A stretch of 10,986 nt of DNA from Azolla caroliniana (Eukaryota; Plantae; Polypodiophyta), in NCBI GenBank assembly GCA_043228905.1, contig JBHGNT010001203.1, forward strand, positions 1 to 10,986, written 5' to 3'. The number at the start of each line of letters is the position of its first letter. Position 1 is the stretch's first letter. The translations under genes were made by a program, and so were the position numbers. Shown here piece after piece: positions 1 to 7,814 of this stretch. Below the pieces are notes generated by a model. That model searched no databases. It was given only the letters and a program-made list of their open reading frames with translations, and was not told the origin of the DNA.

Positions 1-17
1 AGAGTGTGTATAAAAAG

Positions 18-91
18 GTAGTGAGAGGAAGAGGGGATGAGAAATGGAAAAAAAGTAGTGAGAGGAAGAGGGGATGAGAAATGGAAAAAAA
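18..91. repeat. Perfect tandem duplication, 2 x 37 bp, purine-rich
   Basis: GTAGTGAGAGGAAGAGGGGATGAGAAATGGAAAAAAA occurs at 18-54 and 55-91. Confidence 0.95.
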
Positions 92-217
92 GGGGGAGGG
101 GGAGATGGAATATAGTTTTTAGTGAGATATAAGGGAAATATTGGGGGGGAAAAAAAGGGGAGGGGGAGATAGAATATAGTTTTTAGTGAGATATAAGGGA
201 AATATTGGGGGAAAAAA
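92..217. repeat. Near-perfect tandem duplication, 2 x ~63 bp
   Basis: GGGGAGGGGGAGATRGAATATAGTTTTTAGTGAGATATAAGGGAAATATTGGGGG..AAAAAA occurs at 92-156 and 157-217. The copies differ in homopolymer lengths and one substitution. Confidence 0.93.
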
Positions 218-626
218 GTAGATGTGTGTGACTACAAAATAAAAGTAAGGGGGAAGGAGAGAGGAACAAGGAAGGGGGATAGATTAAATGAAGGGTGAGA
301 AAATATGTTTATAGTGGCTCTAGGATGTTTTTAGTTTTTACTAGAAGGGAGTGGAGGTTTTTGGATTTAGTCCAACAAATAATGGGTTTAGGGATATGTT
401 GTAGTTGGGGATCTAATTGGATATCATAGTGTAGGTTAGTTAGTATTTTCTTAATAATTAGTGTTATGAGGATGAGTGAAGATGGTGGTGACGTCGAAGC
501 ATACTATAGAGAGTGGGTGAGGAAAACTTTAGATTAACTGCTTGTGTTAATACAGAATGTTTATGGACAGTGCCAACTTATCAAACAATTATGTGGGTTA
601 AAAAAAGACAAAGACTTTACACGCTT

Positions 627-776
627 ATAACACTGGACAATGGAAGTATGCAAGCCACAATCTTTAAACCAGGGGGACATATAGTTTGCATTCAGTATGG
701 AGGCCTTGACAATCTTCTCGAGGCATCAAACAAAGAGAAAAATAGAGGGTATTGGGATCTTGAATGGAACATCCCT
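627..776 (+). pseudogene. N-terminal fragment of a plant rhamnogalacturonan lyase (polysaccharide lyase family 4)
   Basis: ORF 513..779 contains ITLDNGSMQATIFKPGGHIVCIQYGGLDNLLEASNKEKNRGYWDLEWNIP. This matches the plant RG-lyase N-terminal pattern as I recall it (VxxDNGxxQVTxSKPxGxxxGIxYxGIDNLLExxNxExNRGYWDLxW). It ends in TGA with no recognisable continuation. Confidence 0.8.
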
Positions 777-1089
777 TGAGGACTCTTGATAACCCGGAAC
801 GGGTGAAAGAAGATGGCTATTTACAGCCTGCAACATGTTATGGAGATTGAAGGTTCTTGATTGCATAACAAAAGGGTATAGATTGCATTTTACCTCGTTT
901 GGTAGACCTTTGTGGAAGCTTTTTATAGAACAATTTTCAGATTGATTGTTTACTTTACTCTATGGTGGAGTCAAAACTTTTCATCAAAACTTTTGTTTTT
1001 TCAACCAGCATCTTATAAAGATGTTTTGGGGAAATTTTTGTATGTTGTTATGACTTTTCTAAATACTAATGGAAGTATACTTTCTTTTG

Positions 1090-1111
1090 AAAATAAAAAT
1101 AAAAATAAAAA
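1090..1111 (+). repeat. (AAAAAT)n A-rich tract at the junction with element A
   Basis: AAAATAAAAATAAAAATAAAAA lies immediately before homology to element C begins. Confidence 0.8.
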
Positions 1112-2950
1112 GTTAATACTAAAAGTAACCCTCCAGTACATGTCTTAGCACTCCTAGATTCTGGAGCTAATTCTTGCTTCATGGATAGGAATTTTGCCCA
1201 AGCTCATCAGATATCCCTAAGAAAACTCCCTTGTCCAGCCTCAATAGTAGTCATTGATGGTCGTCCCATTGCTTCCGGAAATATCATAGAAGAGTCAGAG
1301 CCAGTTAATATTGTCCGAGATAATTTAGCATGTGTAGTATCATTTAATATAATTAGAAGTCCATAACATCCCATTGTTTTGGGAATACCATGGTTCGAAT
1401 TACATAACCGAGACATAGATTGGAGAACAAGAGAAATCCAGTATTGACAAACCCGAGGATCTACTCATAGGATTGCAACCATTTCGCTACATCAATTGCG
1501 TGAGGAAGGACACAATGTTCGTCTTTGCGGTATCAGTAAAACCTTCCAACACTACTAAAGAGGAATCCAAAGTTCAACTTCTTGAGAAGTATCGTCATTT
1601 TGCCGATGTGTTCGATAAGGTACAAGCCAATATGCTTCCTCACAACTGATCGTATGATTGTCCCATCGATTTACAACCCGGAAAAGAGCCACCATGGGGA
1701 CCGATCTACAACTTGTCACCAATCGAGCTAGAAGTCCTTCGAGCCTATATAGAGGAGAACTCGGCAAACGGTTTCATTCGACATTCGAAATCTCCAGCTG
1801 GCACACCCATTTTCTTTGTCAAGAAAAAGGATGGATCACTTCGTCTCGTTGTAGATTACCGTGGCTTGAATAAGGTCACCATCAAGAATAGGTATGCACT
1901 CCCCCTTATCTCAAGTCTTTTAGAACGGATCAATGGTGCAAGGTTCTTCACAAAGATCAACTTACGAGGAGCATATAACCTCGTATGGATCCGACTAGGA
2001 GATGAATGGAAGACCGCGTTTCACACTAGATATGGGCACTTTGAGTATACGGTCATGCCATTCGGTCTCACTAATGCGCCAACCGTCTTCAAACACATGG
2101 CAAATGATATATTATGAGATCTTGTGGATGTTTGTTTGATCGTCTATTTGGATGATCTACTGGTTTATTCGAAGACCCAAGAAGAGCATGATTCTCATGT
2201 ATTGTTAGTACTAAAACAACTTTGAGAACATGGTCTTTATGCAAAACTAGAAAAATGTAGTTTCGAGTGCAACCAAGTGGAATTTCTAGGCTATGTCATC
2301 TCCTCGGAAGGCATCTCTATGGATCCAGCTAAGGTCAAAACTGTGGTAGAGTGGCAGACTCCACGTTCGTTGCGAGATTTGCAATGCTTTTTAGGCTTTG
2401 CCAATTTTTACCGCAAGTTTATACATGATTACTCAAAGCTTATTCTGGCTCTCACACAACTTACCAAGAAGGGGCAGTCGTTTGTTTGGTCTAAAGAAGT
2501 GGACAGGGCTTTTGAGAGTCTTACGAAGGCATTTACATCAGCTCCTATCCTAGCCCATGTTGATCCGAAAAAACCGTTCATCATTGAGGTAGACGCATCG
2601 GATTTTGCCTTGGGTAGCATTCTATCACAACAAGGCGATGATGAAAAGCTACACCCTATGGCTTTCCACTCGCACAAGTTTGACACCGCCGAAATCATCT
2701 ATGAAATTCATGATAAAGAGCTATTAGAAATAGTGGATTCTTTTACGCATTGGAGGCATTTTCTAGAGGGATCTTCTCATCAAGTCACCGTATTCAGTAA
2801 TCACAAAAATCTTGCCTACTTCTAGAATGCTCGTGTATTAAATCGACATCAAGCTCGGTGGGCCCAATTCCTCACTTGTTTCAACTTCAAAATTACATAT
2901 CGTCTTGGGAAACAACAAGGGAAGGCAGATGTGTTATCACGATGCTCGTA
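1111..2950 (+). pseudogene. pol: Element A pol: aspartic protease, reverse transcriptase and RNase H (disrupted)
   Basis: Protease motif ALLDSGANSCFM (DSG at 1157-1165). RT motifs [26 protein letters not shown] and YLDD (2145-2156). RNase H motifs EVDASDFALGSILSQ and YEIHDKELL. Multiple stops and an ~8-bp deletion near 1514 relative to C. Confidence 0.95.
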
Positions 2951-3244
2951 TCTATCACCGCGTCCCGGTGAGCCAACATTTGATAAAGCAAGTAATCCTG
3001 GGACCGATATGACAGCAAGCAACACGTGTTTTTGATATGCCATTGGATTCCCACATTATTGATACCATACGTGAGGACTTGAAGACAGATGCTTTCGTGA
3101 CAAGCCATTCTAGCACAAATTGATCCTCTCGGGCATCTTGTTCACAGTCGCAACAACCAAATTTGAATGTCATGATGGATTACTATTCTTTAAGAAACTC
3201 TTGATGTTCCTAATGGTTCCGGTCGCCTTTGAGTAATCCAAAAC

Positions 3245-4324
3245 TTTCACGAAACATATACAGTTGGGCATTTCGGTAGTACTAAAACGTTGGATTTAGT
3301 ACAACGATAATTCTGGTGGCCTCATATGTGATGATTTGTCGAAGACTATGTTCGGACATGTGATACATGTTGCAGGGCAAAGATGCCAAGACATCATCCA
3401 TATGGTTTATTGGAACCATTGCCAATTCCAGGTAAGACGTGACAATCCATTTCTCTAGATTTCATCACAGATCTTCCAGTTTCAAAGGGATTCAACGCGA
3501 TCTTAACAGTAGTAGATCGATATACGAAGATGGCTCATTTTCTGCCTTGTACTAAGGAAATCACTAGTGAAGAAACCGCCGAAATTGTCATGCGAGAGGT
3601 ATGTCAGCATCATGATCTCCCCGATAGCATCATCAACGACCGTGGACCCCAATTTGTCTCGAAATTCTGGAAGCATCTCTTCAAAATGCTCAAGGTCACT
3701 TGTAATCTCTCCTTCGGCTATCACCCACAAACAGATGGACAAGCAGAATGAATGAATCAAACGCTGGAAAAGTATCTTCGGTGTTTTCTAAGCTATCAAC
3801 AAGATGATTTGGCGGATATTCTCCACTTTGCAGAATTTGTGTATAATAACTCTGTCCACTCATTGACTAGGGTTACACCATTTTATGCTTATGTGGGCTA
3901 TCATCCCCGGTCGTGTGTATTTGAAACTCCGGAGTTACCCATAAATCCTTCTGCAGAGGATCGTTTGGAGCGGCTACGCAAGATACCGGTAGACTTATCT
4001 ACTCATTTACAACAAGCTCAACAAACACAGAAGGATTATGCGGATCGTCATCGGCTTCCATCCAGTTTTAACATTGGAGATCGGATATGGCTATTACGAT
4101 GACACATCAAGACTACTCGACCATGCGATAAATTGGATTATCGGCAATTAGGTCCTTTCTATATTATCGAAAAAATTAATCATGTCGCTTTTTGTCTCGA
4201 TCTACCTTCAAAACTACGGATACATTCAATTTTTCATAGTTCTCTTCTCAAATCGTATCACGAAAACACTATTCCGAATCGTATTATACCGCCTCCACCC
4301 TCGATCGAGCTTGAAACAAGACCG
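3245..4324 (+). pseudogene. pol: Element A integrase (HHCC, DDE, GPF module), disrupted
   Basis: Motifs FHETYTVGHFG...TCDTC, SISLDFITDLP, IINDRGPQFVSKFW, YHPQTDGQAE* and QLGPFYIIEKI, with in-frame stops (e.g. 3749, 4100). Confidence 0.93.
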
Positions 4325-4417
4325 GAGTACGAAGTAGCTGTCATCCTTGATTCCAAGATTGTTTGCAACAAGCTCTACTATTTGGTTGATTGGCTAGGCT
4401 ATAGTCCAAGTGAGCGT
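4325..4417 (+). pseudogene. Element A chromodomain, N-terminal part, cut by the element B insertion
   Basis: A Pro-rich linker (PPPPSIELE) is followed by EYEVAVILDSKIVCNKLYYLVDWLGYSPSER. The expected 'TWEP..NL' is replaced by B's LTR starting at TGTCGTG 4418. Confidence 0.9.
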
Positions 4418-4632
4418 TGTCGTGTTGTTACACTTTCATGTGTAAAATAGGCGGGACCACAGGGGCCCTGAACCGAGGAGTGAGAGAGACGAGGAGGTGA
4501 GAAGCACACAAGTGTAAGGCTCGCTAGACCTGTCAGCAACCGGCGGCACTTACTCGTTGATTGAACCACCAACGCGTATACCGATTGAATCAAGGAGCAC
4601 ACTCGGGAGAAGTGAAAGAAGACACTCCCGGA

Positions 4633-4686
4633 AACAGAGATAACAGAGATAACACAGACAACACAGACAACACAGATAACACAGAA
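4633..4686. repeat. Minisatellite, 6 x 9 bp (AACASAGAH), inside the B LTR
   Basis: AACAGAGAT AACAGAGAT AACACAGAC AACACAGAC AACACAGAT AACACAGAA. Confidence 0.92.
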
Positions 4687-4834
4687 ACAAGAGATTCAAT
4701 TACAATAACTGTGACAATTACAACGATGGCAACCCTGTAGAGAATGATGGTAGAGGAAGAGAGAGCTCGGTTCCCAGTCCGACATCACCTCCTTTTCCCA
4801 AAACGTGATACCCCCTTCTTCTTCTCCCCTCCCT

Positions 4835-4841
4835 CTTATAT
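4835..4841 (-). promoter_or_regulatory. Putative TATA box of the B LTR
   Basis: The minus strand reads ATATAAG followed by purine-rich AGGGAGGGGAGAAGAAG, a common plant LTR promoter context, about 230 bp into the LTR. Confidence 0.55.
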
Positions 4842-5069
4842 GTCACCGAGGAGGCCGTTACATCCCAAACACATTAATTTTATTCTCTGTCCCTTCGGAC
4901 AGAGATAGCATCGATTTTCCTAATTAACAAATATCTCATACCTAGTATATTTACATCAGCTGTCCTATTCCTAGTTATATACAATGTATCAATTCACGCA
5001 CACCCGTGAAAGGGTGGGTTCATGCCTTGAACTCCTTGATTCCTCTTAGGGCCGGTTTTCTTCACGACA

Positions 5070-5081
5070 TCCACCCCCACC
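5070..5081 (-). other. Polypurine tract of element B
   Basis: Minus-strand GGTGGGGGTGGA immediately precedes the LTR's TGTCGTG. Confidence 0.8.
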
Positions 5082-5143
5082 AAACCGCGCATCCACCGGT
5101 ATGCGCTAGACACGAACAATTGTCGGAGAAGACCGGTCCGTAA

Positions 5144-7303
5144 TCATCCGTCACCTCCTAAATCCCCGTTAGCTCCGAACCGGTCGTCGTCGTTGTTGGT
5201 CACGCTTCCCGGGTCTGGCTCGTCCTCATGCCACTTATTGAACGCCTTGATCTGCTTCCCGGCTACCGACGCTGTTAATCACGTCCCATCGAGCCCGTTG
5301 TCATTTGCGCTCGTAACGGCGTAAGGCCCGAACCACCTCCTTGTGAATTTGCGCATTGCCTTGTGCTGGTTGTCGAGGCTGTTGTCGTACACTAGCACCC
5401 AGTCGCCTTCCTTGATCTTCTTTGGCCGCAATCGATGCTTTCGGTCGAACCGGCCTTTATTCCTCTCCCTCGCCGCATGCAGCTTCACCTTTGCTCGCTC
5501 CACGTCCTTTGGTCTTCACTCGAGTTGTCAAATCCACGCCGCCAACAGCTCCTCCCGGCTCATCTCGTTTCTCCAATCTATCACCGCCCAGGAGGAAATC
5601 GTCCGGTTCACCGGCATGATTGGCTTCTGCCCGTACATCAGCTTCGCCGGCATGAACCCTGTTACCGAACTGTGCGTAGTCCGGTCCGCCCACAACGCGT
5701 AAGGAAGGAGGCGCGGCCAATTCCCGACCTGTCCGTCGCATGCGCGTACCAACGCCTTCACGATTGGCCTATGCCCGCGTTCTACCTTCCCGTTGGCCTC
5801 CGGATTGTATGCCGCGGTGAGAGAGAGACTAACCCCTAGCCGGTCGAACAACTCCTCAGCTTCTTGTGTGTCCAGATCTCCTTGGTCTGCTATGATCTTC
5901 CCCACGCACCCATATCGGCATACTACCTCTTCGATCAGAAACTGGCACACCGCTGCAGTCGTCTTGTTCTGCAACGCGCGGCCGTCCACCTGGTTTGTCA
6001 AATCCTCCTGCGCAAGCACCAGGTACCGCATTTGCCCTAACCCCATGGGCATCATTACTAAGTCTACCATCCATTTGGAATGGATGGTTGGCGGGTAGGT
6101 CGGGTGTAGCTCATCTCGATGTCGGACTGTGGAGTGCAGCTGACAACTTTCGCACGTCGTCACGAACTGGTACACATCCCGGTACAACCCTGACCACCAA
6201 TACTTCTCTTTCAGTTTCTCGAACGTAGCCCATGTCCCGCGGTGCCTGGCCCAAGGACTCTCGTGGTACGTCGTTAACAGCTTGTCCTACTCGTCCTTTC
6301 TCTCCATTACGCAAAGCGGAACGCCGCGTCGCTTCTTTGGGAGCTTCCATATACTTCCGTCCCGTAGGAAGAATCGGTACGCTTTCTTTTGGATCCGGTT
6401 AGCCTCCTCTCTGGTCCATGCCGCATCCGGCATAATTGTCCTTAGGAACCTTCCAATCTGGAGCCACTCCTCGTCGTACTCGCTCTCGTTGAACCCGTTA
6501 AGCACCGGAGTGCTCACTGTCCTTGTCGCTACGCGAGCCGACTCGAAGAAGTCTATGCCCACTTCTTCGTCCTTCGAAACCATGCCGTTCTCGTCGTCGA
6601 ACTGCGCTCTAGAAAGCATGTCGGCCATGGTGTTGTCCTTTCCGGAGATGTGTCGTATCTCCGAATCCAGGGACTTAATATACGCGATCCAGCTGGGCAT
6701 TGCTAGGTCCGAAGTCGTGCACCCGGAGACCATTCCGAGGATCGACAGACAATCCGTCTCGATGATTACTTCTGTCCCGATCAAGTAGTCTTTATCAATC
6801 TTGACCGCCGAAACGATACCCCACAGTTTGCGCTTAACTTGGGCGTATCCTCGCTATCGCTCACTGAGAACCTTCACCCCGAACCGGATCGGGAACCGTG
6901 TGCCTCTCTCGTCCTCCTGACTGATCACCCATCCTATCCCGGTTGGGCTCATATCTATGGTTACATAGATTGGGACCTCCTTGCCATAAACCGCTTTCAG
7001 GAGAGCCGATGCCGCAATAAGCGCCCCCTTCTGTCTCCGGATCGACTCCGTATGCTCCTTGCCCCATTCAAACTTACGCCCCTTTTTCAGTAGCCCGTAG
7101 AGTGGTTCTGTGATGTGTGCGTAGTGCGGAACCCAGATGTGATAGAATGCACACGCCCCCAAGAACCTTCGAACCTCTGTAACCGACCCGCATTTGTCCT
7201 TCATCGCGGAGATGGACTCCACCTTCACCGGAGACGGTTTCCGGCCGTAAGGCCCGCACAAGTGCCCGACTACTAGGATCTCCTACTGCCCGAAAGCTGA
7301 CTT
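5144..7303 (-). pseudogene. pol: Element B pol: RT C-terminus, RNase H and integrase in one frame with 5 premature stops
   Basis: ORFs starting at 7261, 6784, 6187 and 5503 are all in the same frame. Motifs: KSAFGQ*EILVVGHLC, EVRRFLGACAFY, VTIDMSPTGIGWVISQ, IETDC, GKDNTMADMLSR, YHESPWARHRG..CESC, WMVDL, IIADQG, YNPEANGKVERGH, WFGPY. The natural stop is TGA at 5146-5144 after an acidic tail; there is no chromodomain. Confidence 0.93.
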
Positions 7304-7308
7304 CTGTC

Positions 7309-7381
7309 ATGATATGGCAAGACTCGAACCCATGACCTTAGGTTATATGGGTCGAGCTCTTGACCATTAGATCATCTATTG
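7309..7381 (-). promoter_or_regulatory. tRNA-like sequence with RNA Pol III A box and B box, antisense, at the U3 edge of the C LTR
   Basis: Minus strand: A box TGATCTAATGG (7374-7364), variable-loop-like AGGTC and B box GGTTCGAGTC (7330-7321), at canonical tRNA spacing. The anticodon and acceptor stems do not pair. Confidence 0.7.
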
Positions 7382-7434
7382 TAATACGTAGGATATTATT
7401 TTCATTTACATTTTATTATAGGAAATTAGTGTAT

Positions 7435-7484
7435 ATTCCAGATTTCTCTGGAACATTCTAGAAGCTTCAGGATTACTCCTGAAA
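7435..7484. promoter_or_regulatory. Heat-shock element array, 10 in-phase alternating nGAAn/nTTCn units
   Basis: TTCcaGAtttcTCtgGAAcaTTCtaGAAgcTTCagGAttacTCctGAA: 6 perfect and 4 single-mismatch units, with a perfect 4-unit core at 7451-7468. It ends a few bp before the TATA box. Confidence 0.78.
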
Positions 7485-7488
7485 ACAC

Positions 7489-7495
7489 TATAAAA
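7489..7495 (+). promoter_or_regulatory. TATA box of the C LTR
   Basis: CTATAAAAG, with a CA initiator-like dinucleotide at 7521-7522, about 33 nt downstream. Confidence 0.8.
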
Positions 7496-7600
7496 GAGGG
7501 CACTAGGCATTTTGTTGAACCAAATTGGTTCAACGCCAGTCTTAAGCCTTTTAGCCACCATTGTATATTCTCTTCATATAATACATATCTTTCTTATCAT

Positions 7601-7660
7601 CACTCTCTCTCTCTTTCAATCTCTCTCTTTCTCTCTGTCTCGCTCACTTCTTCCTTCTCT
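7601..7660 (+). repeat. CT-rich, (CT)n-like tract in LTR R/U5
   Basis: CACTCTCTCTCTCTTTCAATCTCTCTCTTTCTCTCTGTCTCGCTCACTTCTTCCTTCTCT. Confidence 0.8.
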
Positions 7661-7742
7661 CGAAGAAGTTCCACACCTCTCATAGTACTAATCCTTCGTT
7701 TAGTACTAATTCCTTCTCCGTCTCAGTACTGTTCATGACAGT

Positions 7743-7754
7743 TTGAACCAATTT
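7743..7754 (+). other. Self-priming type primer binding site
   Basis: TTGAACCAATTT lies 2 nt after the LTR end and is the exact reverse complement of AAATTGGTTCAA (7522-7533) at the predicted transcript 5' end. No TGG tRNA-type PBS is present. Confidence 0.82.
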
Positions 7755-7814
7755 TCCCTACCTTCTGTCTCTCTCATTTCCTACTAATCTTTTATTCCTC
7801 TTTTCTTTCATCCC

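Larger units (their letters stand above)
1111..4417 (+). mobile_element. Element A: degenerate, 5'-truncated Ty3/Gypsy chromovirus (Tf1/sushi/Tcn1-like), same family as element C
   Basis: Colinear nucleotide similarity to C starts at 1111 (equivalent to C 9085) and continues to ~2998 (equivalent to the window end). Domain order is PR-RT-RH-IN-CHD. No gag or 5' LTR is present, and the element is interrupted at 4417 by B's LTR. Confidence 0.95.
4418..5069 (-). repeat. Element B 3' LTR (652 bp)
   Basis: TG...CA termini with a perfect 7-bp inverted repeat, TGTCGTG (4418-4424) / CACGACA (5063-5069). A PPT abuts the inner end and the outer end coincides with the break in A's chromodomain. The partner LTR is outside the window. 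Confidence 0.9.
4418..7304 (-). mobile_element. Element B: Ty3/Gypsy LTR retrotransposon without chromodomain, 3' half, nested antisense in element A
   Basis: The minus strand reads RT end, RNase H, integrase, PPT and LTR. It is GC/CpG-richer than A and C and shows no visible nucleotide similarity to them. Candidate left TSD is AGCGT (4413-4417). Confidence 0.93.
7305..7740 (+). repeat. Element C 5' LTR (436 bp)
   Basis: Perfect 8-bp terminal inverted repeat TGTCATGA (7305-7312) / TCATGACA (7733-7740), with an internal TATA box. It is followed by a PBS and the gag ATG 75 bp later. Confidence 0.92.

Noticed and set aside
912-1148. 78-aa hydrophobic ORF
   Set aside because: It has a GTG start, lies in AT-rich sequence, crosses the junction into element A and shows no recognisable family.
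1111-2998. A and C as a segmental duplication or assembly artefact
   Set aside because: They differ by many substitutions and indels, and C has its own clean insertion boundary, consistent with independent insertions.
4133-4450. Complete integrase-chromodomain C-terminus
   Set aside because: The last residues (CRVVTLSCVK) come from B's LTR, so the ORF is chimeric.
4633-4686. CRISPR-like array (also considered for 18-217)
   Set aside because: The units are directly adjacent with no unique spacers, there are no cas genes, and the context is eukaryotic.
5343-7093. Plus-strand ORFs (119, 134, 101, 168 aa and others) as antisense genes
   Set aside because: They are shadows of the GC-rich minus-strand pol, with no recognisable motifs.
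7309-7381. Functional tRNA gene
   Set aside because: The anticodon and acceptor stems do not pair and the T-stem is weak. Only promoter-type residues and spacing are retained.
4418-7740. The two LTRs as a pair flanking a single element
   Set aside because: They differ in length, sequence, terminal repeats and orientation, and belong to different elements.
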